DNA from: Gemmatimonadota bacterium
GTDB taxonomy: Bacteria > Gemmatimonadota > Gemmatimonadetes > Gemmatimonadales > GWC2-71-9
DNA: 45,084 nucleotides
Assembly: GCA_003221005.1 (NCBI GenBank)
Contig: QHTZ01000069.1
Coordinates: forward strand, 1 to 45,084
Direction of reading: 5' to 3'
The notes under the pieces were generated by a model. It ran no database searches, had not been told where the DNA came from, and saw nothing but the letters and a program-made list of their open reading frames with translations. Shown here piece by piece: positions 30,425 to 40,359 of this stretch. How positions within the stretch are numbered: the first letter of the stretch is position 1; every line of letters begins with the position of its first letter. Position numbers and translations under genes: made by a program.

Positions 30425-33400
30425 TCAGAAGCGCGTGGACACTCCGATTGTGAACGTGCGCAAGTTCGGGAACGTGAAGGCGTCGACCGCGTTGATCGCA
30501 GCGGAGTTCGCCTGCCCGCTCGGCCCCGAGGCGACGCCCACTTCGGGGTCAAACCCGCGGTAGTTCGTGAACGTCACCAGGTTCCTGCCGACGATGCTCA
30601 GCTGCCAGTCTCCCACGCCGCGGATCGGGCCGATGTGGTACGAGACGAGCGCCTCGCGCAGCTTGGCGTAGCTCGCCTTCTCCACCGAAAAGCTGTTGGG
30701 GGCGAGGATGTCGTATAGACCGCCGATCCCGGCCGCGTTGTCGGGGGGTGCGGCGCGGTAGTAATACCCAATTGGCTTCGCGCTTTCGACTGTGGCCCCG
30801 GTCTGGTCCACGTCCTTCGACAGGAAGTCGAGGTGCGCCCAGTGGAACCCCTGGTCCCACACGCTCTGCCCAATCGCGGCATCGAGCAGGGCGTAGAGCG
30901 TGAGCCGCTTGTAGGTGACCGTCTGCGTGATCGCAAAACGGAAGTCGGGAAGCGCGTTGCCGAGCGGCACCTGCTTCGCCGTCTGTTGGTTCGCCCCATC
31001 GCCCCGCAGGATGATCGGCATCCCCCAGTTCATCGCCACTCCCCATGGCGCCTGGCTCCCCGGTAGTTGCGCCTGCCACAGGTTGTGGGTGATGCCCATC
31101 GTGGGGTCGTTCCCGGCGCCGACCCAGACCAGGAAGCCTTGGTCGTTCGTCTGGAACGCCTTGCCCGCGCCGCAGTCCGCACTGAACGGCGCCGGCAGCA
31201 AGCCGCAGTCGCCGTAGCCCGTGAGGAACTTGCGGCCGTAGAACTCGGCGTACCGCTCCCCCTCCTGGGCGTAGAAGATCTGATCGGTCGCCTGGAGCGA
31301 CGCACCATAGAGGTACGGCGGGACATCGAGCTTGGTGATGACCGACCGGTTGCGATCGTAGCTCACGCCCATGGTCCAGGAGAAGTCGCGCGTCTGGACG
31401 AACGGGAGATTGAGCGTCAACTCCCATGTCTTGTTGAGGAGCTCGCCCGCGTTCTGCCACTGCCGCTGATAGCCGCTCGCGGCGATCAGCGGGACCGGGA
31501 GGATCTGGTCGCTGATGCGGGAGCGGGCGTACGTGGCCGTCAGGCCGAACCTGCCCAGCAGCTCGATGTCGGCGCCGAGCTCGATCTCATGGGACACCTC
31601 GGGACCCAGATTCCTGTTGCCGAGGAAGTTGGCCTGCGGAATTCCCCCCGGGCCGATCCCGAATGTCTCGTATTGGCTGGAGAACCCGGGGGAGCTCCCC
31701 GCGGTCCCGTAGGACGCGCGCAGCTTGAACTCCGTGACCTGGCGCAGGAACCACCACGGCTCGAGGCCGAGCCGCCACGCGCCCGAGACCCGCCCGAAAT
31801 TCGCCCAGCGATGACCCGGGCCGAACAACGACGAGCCGTCGCGGCGGACCAGCGCGTCCAGGATGTAACGGTCCTTGTACGTGAAATTCGCCCCGCCGAA
31901 GAGTCCGATCTGACGAATACTCTGCGCCCACGATGAGTCGACCTTGTCCTGGGTCACGTTGGTGAGCGCGTCGATCCCCCTGAACGCGAGGAAGTCTCCC
32001 TGGCCGAACACGAGATTGCTGTCCCGCTGCGCGTAGGAGTAGCGCAGGCTGTAGCGCGTCTGGAAGTCGCTGCCGAAGTTGTGTCGGAACGTGGCGTTCA
32101 GCCCCGTGTTGAACTCCTCGCTTGACGTCGAGTTGCGCAGGATGTTCCCCAGGTTCGTCGGGGCGTCGGGATTGGGGCCGGTGGACCGAAAACCCTTGTC
32201 GCGGAACTGGCTCGCACCGGTGCTCCGCAAGTCGTAGCTGAAATTCGCCTCGAGCTGCACCCAGCTTGCCGGCGTGTACTGGGTGGTAACCCCGCCGATG
32301 AAACGCTTGGTAAGGTCCGTGCGATGCACGTTCGCGAGGTAGTAGAGAGGGTTGTAGTTCTGAGCGCCGCCCTGCTGCAGGTTGGGCCGGATGAACAAGC
32401 GACCCAGCGTGTCGTACTGCAGTAGGTTCGCGATGCCTGGAGCGCGGGTGAGCCGGAAGAACGCCCCACCGCCTGCGTCACCGGGCGTCGGCTGGGCGCC
32501 TCCCTCTTGGTTCAGCCCGTCCTGCGAGCTGCGACTGTAGAAAGTGCGCACGGCGATATTCAGATCAGACCCGATCGCCTGATCGACGTTTGCCCGGAAG
32601 GAATTGCGCTGCAGCCCCTGCAGGAAGCGGATCGCCCCCTGGTCGGTCAGGTTCGACCCGCTCGCGTAGAAGCGGGTGCCGCCGAACGCCCCGGTCATAT
32701 CGACGTCGTTCTGCGTATACGGATGCTGGGTCACGACCTGGCGCACGGCGTTGTATACCTGACCCGGCCACGGATCGATCTGGAACCGCTGACGCAGCGG
32801 CCCCCCGCTGAGCGTTGCGCCCGGGTCGATGGGCATACTCGGCGGCGTTCCGGCCCAGTCGCTCGCCTGGTTGTTGATGACCTGTTGCCAGAAAGTGTAG
32901 TCGAACGTCCGCGCGCACAGCGGCTGGCCGGTCTCGGCTTGGCAGAATTGCGTGTTGTTCTCGTTCATCAGAAGCGCCGTGCGCTGCGCGATCCCGAAGT
33001 CCCGCTCGATGTCCGAGAGCCCGGCCTCGGTCCGCACGCTGAACTGCACTCCTTCCGCCGCCCGCCGGCCCGACTTGGTCGTGATATTGATGACCCCGTT
33101 CCCTCCCCGCGCCCCATACAGTGACGCCGCCGCGGCGCCCTTCACCACCTCCACGCTCTCGATGTCGCTCGGGTTGAGATCGGGGAGCGCGCCGTTGATG
33201 ATGACGCCATCCACGATGTACAGGGGATCCTGGCTGCGACCCTGCGCGTTGAGCGACGTCGGCCCGCGCAGCAACACCGCCGGCTGCGCGCCGGGGCGCC
33301 CGCTCGCGGACACGATGTTCGCGGGTAGCTTGCCCTGCAGCAGCGTCAACGGGTCCGCCGCTGGGACCTGCAGCTTCGAGGCGTCGATCGTCGTCACGCT

Positions 33401-33805
33401 GAACGGCACCTTGATCCGCTCGGTCGCCTCCTGCACGCCGGTGACCACCACCGCCTCGAGCTGGTTGACGTCCGTGACGAGCGAGAAGTCCTGGGTCTGT
33501 TCGCCTGCGCTCAACACGATCGGTCGACTGGTCGGCTTGTGGCCGATCGTGCGCACGCGCATGGTCACGGTCTGCCCCGAGACGCGGGCCGCGGGCACGA
33601 GGATCGTGTACTGCCCGTTGGTCCCCGTCAGGACGGCGACGTTCAGCTCCACGAGCTGCACGTTCGCCACCGACAGCGCGTCGCCGCGATCGTCGGTCAC
33701 CTTGCCGTGCACCACGGCGTCCTGCGCCCACGCCTGCCCGGCCGCGGCGAGCAGGGAGGCGAGCATGGCAACGCCAAGCCAAGGGCCACGATGCGATTGG
33801 GTCAT
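30425..33805 (-). CDS. SusC/RagA family TonB-dependent outer-membrane transporter
   Basis: ATG 33805; N-terminal carboxypeptidase-regulatory-like domain; plug PLYIVDG, DIESVEVVKGAAAASLYGARGGNGVINITTK; RRDGSSLFG; KLRASYG; YRGFDPE; ends in F. Confidence 0.93.
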   Translation of the reverse strand: MTQSHRGPWLGVAMLASLLAAAGQAWAQDAVVHGKVTDDRGDALSVANVQLVELNVAVLTGTNGQYTILVPAARVSGQTVTMRVRTIGHKPTSRPIVLSAGEQTQDFSLVTDVNQLEAVVVTGVQEATERIKVPFSVTTIDASKLQVPAADPLTLLQGKLPANIVSASGRPGAQPAVLLRGPTSLNAQGRSQDPLYIVDGVIINGALPDLNPSDIESVEVVKGAAAASLYGARGGNGVINITTKSGRRAAEGVQFSVRTEAGLSDIERDFGIAQRTALLMNENNTQFCQAETGQPLCARTFDYTFWQQVINNQASDWAGTPPSMPIDPGATLSGGPLRQRFQIDPWPGQVYNAVRQVVTQHPYTQNDVDMTGAFGGTRFYASGSNLTDQGAIRFLQGLQRNSFRANVDQAIGSDLNIAVRTFYSRSSQDGLNQEGGAQPTPGDAGGGAFFRLTRAPGIANLLQYDTLGRLFIRPNLQQGGAQNYNPLYYLANVHRTDLTKRFIGGVTTQYTPASWVQLEANFSYDLRSTGASQFRDKGFRSTGPNPDAPTNLGNILRNSTSSEEFNTGLNATFRHNFGSDFQTRYSLRYSYAQRDSNLVFGQGDFLAFRGIDALTNVTQDKVDSSWAQSIRQIGLFGGANFTYKDRYILDALVRRDGSSLFGPGHRWANFGRVSGAWRLGLEPWWFLRQVTEFKLRASYGTAGSSPGFSSQYETFGIGPGGIPQANFLGNRNLGPEVSHEIELGADIELLGRFGLTATYARSRISDQILPVPLIAASGYQRQWQNAGELLNKTWELTLNLPFVQTRDFSWTMGVSYDRNRSVITKLDVPPYLYGASLQATDQIFYAQEGERYAEFYGRKFLTGYGDCGLLPAPFSADCGAGKAFQTNDQGFLVWVGAGNDPTMGITHNLWQAQLPGSQAPWGVAMNWGMPIILRGDGANQQTAKQVPLGNALPDFRFAITQTVTYKRLTLYALLDAAIGQSVWDQGFHWAHLDFLSKDVDQTGATVESAKPIGYYYRAAPPDNAAGIGGLYDILAPNSFSVEKASYAKLREALVSYHIGPIRGVGDWQLSIVGRNLVTFTNYRGFDPEVGVASGPSGQANSAAINAVDAFTFPNLRTFTIGVSTRF

Positions 33806-34094
33806 ACGGGAATCCCTTATCTGAGCGGTGAACTGGTGTGGAAGGAGAGGAATCGTCGTGACCCGGCGCGCGCACGCTGCCAGCAGCGGCCGCGCCGGGA
33901 AGTTGGTCGGCGGCCGAGGCGCGCAACGGGCACGCAGCGACGGGCGAAGCAGCTCGAGCCTGACGGTCATGGGCGCTCGGACAGCCTGACGCATTAAGTA
34001 CGCCACGTTGGGCTGGGCGTCAAGAGCCCAAAACAGGTCTTTCCAAACCGCCGGGCGGCCCATACTATCGAGTTGTCGGGGAACTTATCGTCCC

Positions 34095-34850
34095 ATGGCA
34101 CGCCGGCTCAGCCACCTCGGCGCCTTTGCGCTGCTGGCCGCCTCCCTTCCCGGTGTGGCGGCGCCGCAACAGGTACCCCCAACTGCATCCATCGTGGGGC
34201 GCCTGGTGGACGTGGAGTCCCGCGCACCCGTGGGCCGGGCCCGCATCGCCATCCTCGGCGCGCACCACGAGTTCGCGTCGGACAGCGAGGGCAGGTTCGT
34301 GGGCGACCACCTGGCCTCTGGCACCTACGTCCTACAGGCGCGGGCGATCGGGTACGCCGTAGGATCGTGGGTCGTCCAGCTGGGCGACAGCGAGACGGTC
34401 ACTCAGGTGTTCGAGCTGAAACGCCTCCCTTACGTGCTCGACCCGGTCGTGGTGCAACGCCGGCTGACCTTCAGCGCGGAGCGGCTGCGGGCGTTCGAGC
34501 GCCGGCGCGCGTCGGGGCGGGGTTACTTCATCACCGCGGCTCAGATCGAGGCGGAGCATCCCCATGCACTCGTGGACCTGCTCCGCAACGTCCCCGGCGT
34601 CCAGATGATCTGCGCCGGCGCGTCGCGCTGCACGGTTCGCATGTTGCGCTCCCCGCGCAACTGCAAAGTGGATTATGTCCTGGACGGCTTCCCCGCCACG
34701 AATTCCACCAGTCCCGACATGGCGACGGTCGGCATCATCGGGATCGAGGTCTACCGCACGTTGAGCGAGACTCCGCTCGAGTTCCTCCGAACCGACAACG
34801 TCTGCGGGACAATCGTCATCTGGACACGCTCAGGGCCCAACGAACCCTGA
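34095..34850 (+). CDS. Secreted protein: carboxypeptidase-regulatory-like domain plus TonB-plug-like domain, no barrel
   Basis: Signal peptide; IVGRLVD...GTYVLQARAIGY; GRGYFITAAQI, DLLRNVPGV, GIEVYR, CGTIVIWTR. Confidence 0.75.
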   Translation: MARRLSHLGAFALLAASLPGVAAPQQVPPTASIVGRLVDVESRAPVGRARIAILGAHHEFASDSEGRFVGDHLASGTYVLQARAIGYAVGSWVVQLGDSETVTQVFELKRLPYVLDPVVVQRRLTFSAERLRAFERRRASGRGYFITAAQIEAEHPHALVDLLRNVPGVQMICAGASRCTVRMLRSPRNCKVDYVLDGFPATNSTSPDMATVGIIGIEVYRTLSETPLEFLRTDNVCGTIVIWTRSGPNEP

Positions 34851-34856
34851 CGCGCC

Positions 34857-35744
34857 TCAGGGGCGCCAGCGCGGCACGACATCCGTGAGGACGTTCCCGC
34901 TCGTGATCTGCCACGCTTGCGAGCCGTCCGCTCTCGCCACCCAGATGTGCTTGGCGCGGTCGAAGGCGATGTACGCCGCGTCAGGAGACCACGAAGGGAA
35001 CTCGGCCTGCAGCTCACCCGAGGTCACCTGCACGACGCCCGTCCCGTCCGCGTTCATGACGTAGATCTGCTCGCCGCCATTCCGATTGGACATGAAGGCG
35101 ATCTTCGTGCCATCGGGAGACCACGCCGGCACATCGTCGTATGCGAGAACGTTGTTCGAGAGGTTCACTGGGTTGGTCCCGTCGGCATTCATCACGTAGA
35201 CCTCGTCGTTGCCGTCCCGGTTGGTGGCGAACGCGATCTTGGTGCCGTCCGGCGACCAGGTGGGCTGGGCGTCCGACAGAGAACCAGACGTCAGCTGCGT
35301 CACACCCGTGCCGTTCGCGTTCATCACGAAGATGTGGTTGATCCCGGCGTCCCGGTTGGAGACAAACACGATCTTGCTGCCATCCGGGGACCACGCCGGC
35401 TCGCCCTCCAGGGTCGTGTCGCTGGTCAGCTGCACGACGTTCGCGCCGTCGGCGTCCATGACGAAGATGTCCAACGGTACCGTCGCGTTCACAGAACGGT
35501 CAGACTGAAACGCGAGCTTGGTGCCGTCGTGGGACCAGGCCGGCCACTCGTCCCTCGCGAGCGAGTTGGTGACGTTCGTCATCCCGGTGCCGTCGGCGTT
35601 CATGACGAAAATGTCGAGCTGGCCCAACGGGCCCCGGTCGCTCACGAACGCGATCTGCCCGGGGAGCGGCGGCAGCGGCGCCGTCACGTCCTTGTGACAC
35701 GCGCTCAGGAGCGCGACGAGGGCGCAGCGGGTGGAGGAGCGCAC
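34857..35744 (-). CDS. TolB-like PD40-repeat beta-propeller lipoprotein
   Basis: Lipobox LSAC; 5-6 repeats of P(A/T/S)WSPDGxKIAF...IxVMNADGT. Confidence 0.9.
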   Translation of the reverse strand: MRSSTRCALVALLSACHKDVTAPLPPLPGQIAFVSDRGPLGQLDIFVMNADGTGMTNVTNSLARDEWPAWSHDGTKLAFQSDRSVNATVPLDIFVMDADGANVVQLTSDTTLEGEPAWSPDGSKIVFVSNRDAGINHIFVMNANGTGVTQLTSGSLSDAQPTWSPDGTKIAFATNRDGNDEVYVMNADGTNPVNLSNNVLAYDDVPAWSPDGTKIAFMSNRNGGEQIYVMNADGTGVVQVTSGELQAEFPSWSPDAAYIAFDRAKHIWVARADGSQAWQITSGNVLTDVVPRWRP

Positions 35745-35746
35745 GG

Positions 35747-36310
35747 CTACCTCGAGAAGTCCACCTTCGGCACCTCGGCGGCCCCGGGCGTCTGCAGCTC
35801 GAAATACTGCCGCGGGCCCTTGCCGATCACCTTCGCCGTGAGGACCTGCGGGAACCGGCGGATGTAGGCGTTGTAGCGGTTCACCGCCTCGTTGTAGTCG
35901 GTCCGGGCGACGGCGATCCGGTTCTCCGTCCCCTCGAGCTGGTCCTGGAGCGCCCGGAAGTTCTCGTTGGACTTGAGCTGCGGGTAATTCTCGGCAATGG
36001 CGAGCAGGCGGCCGAGGGGCGCCGTCAGCGCGGCGTTGGCCGCCGCCATGTCTTGCACGTTCCCGCTCTGCACGGCGCCGGCGAGCTTGGCCCGCGCCTC
36101 CGCCACCTCGGTGAAGATCGTCTGCTCCTGCTTCGCGTAGCCCTTCACCGTCTCCACCAGGTTCGGGACGAGATCGGCGCGCCGCTGCAGCTGCACCTTG
36201 ATCTGGGACTCAGCGGCACTCACCTGCTCGTCGTACGTCTGAATCGTGTTGTAGCCGCACCCTGCAACCAGCGCGAGGCCGACAAGCAACGAGCGCTGCA
36301 ACGCGTTCAC
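35747..36310 (-). CDS. lemA: LemA family lipoprotein
   Basis: GGAGGA RBS, GTG 36310; AGCGYN, LQRRADLVPNLVETVKGY, ENYPQLKS, LEGTENRIAVAR..YN. Confidence 0.93.
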   Translation of the reverse strand: MNALQRSLLVGLALVAGCGYNTIQTYDEQVSAAESQIKVQLQRRADLVPNLVETVKGYAKQEQTIFTEVAEARAKLAGAVQSGNVQDMAAANAALTAPLGRLLAIAENYPQLKSNENFRALQDQLEGTENRIAVARTDYNEAVNRYNAYIRRFPQVLTAKVIGKGPRQYFELQTPGAAEVPKVDFSR

Positions 36311-36321
36311 AGGATTCCTCC

Positions 36322-37044
36322 CTATGTAAGCCGGTTCACGAATTCGGCGGTCCGCTCCAGGGCCGCCAGGTACGCGGCGGGCAGCGGATCCCCCGTCCCC
36401 AACTTGAGCGTGCGCCCGTCGGTCGCGTGCGCGACGAGCGCGGTCAGACTCTCGGGCGGCCACCCCATCGTGGTCCCCGCTTCCCGCACCAGCGCCTCGG
36501 GGGCATCCGGCAGCGTCCTGCCGGCGAGCCGCAGTGCGGCCCGCAGCATCGTGAAGAAGCCACCGGTGCTGCCCGCGATCACGCGCGCCAGCTCTCCCTG
36601 GTCGCCTCGCAGGGCGGCGTAGGCTTGCCGCAGCCGCACGAGTTTCCCCTTGAGCTCGTGCTCGAGCTGACGCCGCACGTCAGCCCGCTCCACCGTGATG
36701 CCCGGCCACGGGTCCCTCCCGGCGAGCACCCGGTGCGCTTCACGCAAGTCCGCGTATTCGATGGGAAACGCGTCGGCGGACTCCCGCCACTCCCGTTCCG
36801 TGAAAATGAGCGGGGCGCGATGGCCGGCGCGCACCCAGCTGCGCACGACGGGCCCGAGGGACGCGAACAGGTGCTCGTCCGCGGCGTCGCAGATGAGCAG
36901 GGTGTTCACGTCGGCGCGCCCCCGCCCCGCGACGTGCACCCCCGGTCGCCGCGCCGTCGAGCCGTACAGCAGTAGCGAGACCAGGCGCTTCCCGAGCGCC
37001 TGACTCACCTCCTGCGCGAAACCTTCCAGCGTGAGCTTCGCCAT
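36322..37044 (-). CDS. Nucleotidyltransferase (Pol-beta fold)-like protein
   Basis: ATG 37044; LVSLLLYGSTAR...ADVNTLLI; FPIEYADL; helical C-terminus. Confidence 0.75.
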   Translation of the reverse strand: MAKLTLEGFAQEVSQALGKRLVSLLLYGSTARRPGVHVAGRGRADVNTLLICDAADEHLFASLGPVVRSWVRAGHRAPLIFTEREWRESADAFPIEYADLREAHRVLAGRDPWPGITVERADVRRQLEHELKGKLVRLRQAYAALRGDQGELARVIAGSTGGFFTMLRAALRLAGRTLPDAPEALVREAGTTMGWPPESLTALVAHATDGRTLKLGTGDPLPAAYLAALERTAEFVNRLT

Positions 37045-37046
37045 TA

Positions 37047-37820
37047 TTAGAAGCTCCTCCCCGCGCCGCCGCCACTCGTGCCGCCGCCACCGCCGAAGCC
37101 GCCGAATCCCCCGCCGAACCCTCCGCCCCCGCCCCCACTCCATCCTCCCCAGCCCCCGCGCCCACCTCCAAATCCCCCCAGCCAAAACGGAAGCCAGAGA
37201 ATCCGGCCCCGGCTGAACAGCAGCAGGAAAATAATGAGCGCGACGAGCCAGCCGACCGGAATCGCGGGCCGCCCGGAGTCGTCCCCCCCCGGAGACGCCC
37301 GCTCCGGTTGCGACGTGAGGGTCACCCCCATCGCGTCCGCGAACGCGTGGGCGATGGAGTCCACCCCGCGGGCCGCCGCCGCGCCGTAATCTTCCCGCGC
37401 CAGCTCCGGGGTCATGGCGTCGGTGGTGCGCCCGGCACGCGCGTCCGGCAGGAACCCTTCCGCGCCCCGCCCCGTGAGGAGGAACACCCGCCCGGTCCCA
37501 GGCCGGTGATTCCGGCGCGGCACGATGAGCAGCAAGGCGCCCAGGTTCCTGGCCGGGTCGCCGGCTTCCGCCGTCCCTCCCACGCGCCACTGGCGGTAGA
37601 TCTCCACCGCGACATCCACTGGTGCCCGCTGTCCGATGTCGGGAAGCGTCACCACGACGATGTCTCCGCGCGTCTTCTCGCGTACTTCGGTGATCTCTGC
37701 TTCCATCCGCGCGACGGGGCCGGGATCGAGCACGCCGGCGAAGTCGTTCACGAACCCTCGCGGCGAAGGAATCGCAAGCTGCTGGAGAGCGAGGAGGAGG
37801 CCGACGCAGGCGGAAGCCAT
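37047..37820 (-). CDS. TPM-domain (YgcG-like) membrane protein with Gly-rich tail
   Basis: GFVNDFAGVL, IVVVTL, GALLLI, TGRGAEGFLPD, a TM helix, GGFGGG...SGGGAGRSF. Confidence 0.9.
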   Translation of the reverse strand: MASACVGLLLALQQLAIPSPRGFVNDFAGVLDPGPVARMEAEITEVREKTRGDIVVVTLPDIGQRAPVDVAVEIYRQWRVGGTAEAGDPARNLGALLLIVPRRNHRPGTGRVFLLTGRGAEGFLPDARAGRTTDAMTPELAREDYGAAAARGVDSIAHAFADAMGVTLTSQPERASPGGDDSGRPAIPVGWLVALIIFLLLFSRGRILWLPFWLGGFGGGRGGWGGWSGGGGGGFGGGFGGFGGGGGTSGGGAGRSF

Positions 37821-37956
37821 GGGGCGCGTAAATCTTACGCAATTCGGGGTGGCCGTGCTTCAACCGGCGCCGCCCGGTAGTGGCGCCAATTCCGGGCTCT
37901 CGCTATGGTAGTGCGAGCCGCAGCCCGAGTCGTTCCCAGAACCGCAAGGAGATCGA

Positions 37957-38583
37957 GTGCGCTGGACCCGGCTTCCGCTGCTTGGCTGCCTCGCGCTGGC
38001 GTGGGCGCAAGGCGTGGGTCTCGCGTCGCGTTCCAAGGGGCGACCCGACGCTCCCATCACCGTGTACGAGATGTCGGACTTTCAGTGTCCCTACTGCCGG
38101 CAGTTCGCTCTCGAGACCATGCCCGTCCTGGAGCGAGAGTACGTCGCGACCGGCAAGATCCGTTTCATCTATATCAACCTTCCACTCACCAATCTTCACA
38201 AGCACGCCGTCGCCGCCGCCGTGGTGGCCATCTGTGCCGCGGAGCAGGGCCGGTTCTGGCCGGTGCACGATCGCTTATTCGAGCGGCAGCCGCAGTGGGC
38301 CGCGCAGGCCGATCCCGGCCGCTACCTCGCCGCCCTGGCCGACTCCGCCGGCGCCGACCACGCGCAGCTCGCCCGCTGCCTCGCGGGCAAGTCAGCCGAG
38401 GCTGCCGTGCAGGCCGACTCCCAGGCGGCCGCGCGTGCGGGAGCCTACAGCACGCCCACCTTCTATATAGAAGGCGGCCTCATCGACGGTGCTGCTCCCG
38501 CAGCGGTGTTTCGCGCGGTCCTGGATTCCATCTACCGGTCCAAGGCGGCCCGCCCGGCCGCTCCCGCACCCTCCCCGCGCTGA
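37957..38583 (+). CDS. DsbA/BdbD-family thioredoxin-fold protein
   Basis: KGRPDAPITVYEMSDFQCPYC and cis-Pro loop STPTF; signal peptide. Confidence 0.88.
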   Translation: MRWTRLPLLGCLALAWAQGVGLASRSKGRPDAPITVYEMSDFQCPYCRQFALETMPVLEREYVATGKIRFIYINLPLTNLHKHAVAAAVVAICAAEQGRFWPVHDRLFERQPQWAAQADPGRYLAALADSAGADHAQLARCLAGKSAEAAVQADSQAAARAGAYSTPTFYIEGGLIDGAAPAAVFRAVLDSIYRSKAARPAAPAPSPR

Positions 38584-39893
38584 TGGCCCGTCCTTCCTTT
38601 ATTTACCGCCTCACCGTGAGCCTCGCCGGGAAGGCGGCCCCGCTCGCGGCGCGCTTCGACAAGAAGCTGGCGCGGGGTCTCGATGCGCGACGGGGGCTCG
38701 TGGAGCGGGTGCAGGCGTGGGTCGAGGCGCACCGCGATCTCAAGCGACCCCTGGTGTGGGTCCACGCTCCATCGGTGGGGGAGGGTTTGCAGGCGAAGCC
38801 GGTCCTGGAAGCGCTGCGGGCGACGCAGCCCCACTGGCAGCTCGTGTACACGTTCTTCTCACCGTCGGCCGAGCGGCTGGCCCGTACTCTCCCCGTGGAC
38901 ATGACCGATTATCTGCCGTTCGACCGCCCGCGCGAGGTGCGCGCCGTCCTCAAGGGTCTTGAGCCCACCGCGCTCGTGTTTTCGAAGCTCGACGTCTGGC
39001 CCGAGCTGGCGCTCGCGGCCGCGCGCGCGGGGGTGAAGCTGGGGCTGATCTCGGCGACGGTGGCGCCTGCGAGCTCGCGGCTCCGCTGGCCAGCGCGGCA
39101 ATGGGCCCACGCCGCGTACCGGGCCCTCGACCGGATCGGCGCGATCAGCCAGGACGACGCGCGGCGGCTCGAGCGTCTCGGCGCGCGCGCCGACGCGATC
39201 CAGGTGACGGGCGACACCCGCTACGACAGCGTGGCGGAGCGCGCCGAGCGGTTCGACCGGTCGCGCGAGCCGTTCGCGCGGCTGACGGCGGCCACCGGCA
39301 CCTTTACGGTCGTGGCCGGGTCAACGTGGCCGGCGGACGAGGCGGTCGTGCTGCCGGCCTTCGCCGACCTGCTCGCTCAGGTGCCCGGGGCCCGTCTCCT
39401 GCTCGCGCCCCACGAGCCCAACCCCGATCATCTCGCCGGCATTGCGGAGCAGACGACGGCGCTCGGCTTGCCGCGGCCCGTGCGACTCTCGCAGCTCGAG
39501 CACGCGCCGCCCGGGCCCGTGATCGTGGTGGACCGGGTCGGCATTCTTGCCGACCTCTACGCGTTGTCGGACGTCGCGTTCGTCGGTGGGGGTTACCATC
39601 GGGCGGGACTCCACTCGGTGCTTGAGCCCGCCGTGTTCAGCGTCCCCGTGACTGTGGGGCCGCACTGGCAGATGAGCCGTGACGCCCAGCTGCTCATCGA
39701 GCAGGGAGGGGCCGTCGCGCTGCCGGCGGACGGGCGGCATCCGTTGCACTCACAGTGGCTCGTCTGGTTTCACGATCCGGCGGCGCGCCGCAAAGCGGGC
39801 GCGGTGGGGAAGAAGCTGGTGCAAGCGGGGCGCGGCGCCGCCGACCGGACGACCGCTCTCGTACAGCAGCTGGTGCGCGGCGCCGGGCGCTAG
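38583..39893 (+). CDS. waaA: 3-deoxy-D-manno-octulosonic acid (Kdo) transferase
   Basis: ATG 38583 (TGATG coupling); WVHAPSVGE, TFFSPS, YLPFD, TGDTRYD, AGSTWPAD, APHE, HSVLEPA. Confidence 0.9.
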   Translation: MARPSFIYRLTVSLAGKAAPLAARFDKKLARGLDARRGLVERVQAWVEAHRDLKRPLVWVHAPSVGEGLQAKPVLEALRATQPHWQLVYTFFSPSAERLARTLPVDMTDYLPFDRPREVRAVLKGLEPTALVFSKLDVWPELALAAARAGVKLGLISATVAPASSRLRWPARQWAHAAYRALDRIGAISQDDARRLERLGARADAIQVTGDTRYDSVAERAERFDRSREPFARLTAATGTFTVVAGSTWPADEAVVLPAFADLLAQVPGARLLLAPHEPNPDHLAGIAEQTTALGLPRPVRLSQLEHAPPGPVIVVDRVGILADLYALSDVAFVGGGYHRAGLHSVLEPAVFSVPVTVGPHWQMSRDAQLLIEQGGAVALPADGRHPLHSQWLVWFHDPAARRKAGAVGKKLVQAGRGAADRTTALVQQLVRGAGR

Positions 39894-39914
39894 GCAGCGC
39901 GCGCGTCGGCAGCA

Positions 39915-40280
39915 CTATTTCCCGACGACGATCCCCTCGTAGGTGACCGAGCGTGGCGCGACGAGCCCCAGCGTGAGCGCGGTGACCAACACGTCGCTCC
40001 AGCGGCTGCGCACACGGATCTTGAGACTCGCGATGGACGCCCCGGCACCGAGCTGGCCTGCGAGCAAGTCCTCCAGTTTCGGCTCGGAGAGCGTAAACAA
40101 CCCCATCACCAGGTAGACGGGGTGCTTCGTCACGCGAAACGCCGTGCCCGCGGTCGACGCCTCCTTGGGCTCGGCCATCGTCGCGGTGACGCCCAGGTGC
40201 GAGCTGTCGAACGTGATGGCGCAGCCGCTCGCGGCCAGCGCCAGCGCGACCGCGGTCGCGCGTGCGACTCGAGATTTCAC
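39915..40280 (-). CDS. Small lipoprotein, Bor/Iss-like
   Basis: Lipobox ASGC; C-terminal DVLVTALTLGLVAPRSVTYEG resembles the Bor family. Confidence 0.6.
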   Translation of the reverse strand: MKSRVARATAVALALAASGCAITFDSSHLGVTATMAEPKEASTAGTAFRVTKHPVYLVMGLFTLSEPKLEDLLAGQLGAGASIASLKIRVRSRWSDVLVTALTLGLVAPRSVTYEGIVVGK

Positions 40281-40292
40281 ACGGCTCCTGGG

Positions 40293-40323
40293 AAACAAAA
40301 AGGCGCGCCGGGAACGGCGCGCC
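40293..40323 (-). terminator. Rho-independent terminator
   Basis: Minus strand reads GGCGCGCCG-TTCC-CGGCGCGCC-TTTTTGTTT, downstream of the gene ending at 40360. Confidence 0.85.
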
Positions 40324-40359
40324 CCAAAGGTAGTCGCTTCAACTGCGAATGTGAACCCG

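Noticed and set aside
34857-35650. Nucleotide repeats in the TolB-like gene
   Set aside because: Explained by protein-level PD40 repeats.
37050-37185. C-rich low-complexity tract
   Set aside because: It encodes the normal Gly-rich tail of TPM proteins with 3-nt periodicity; not part of the repeat family.
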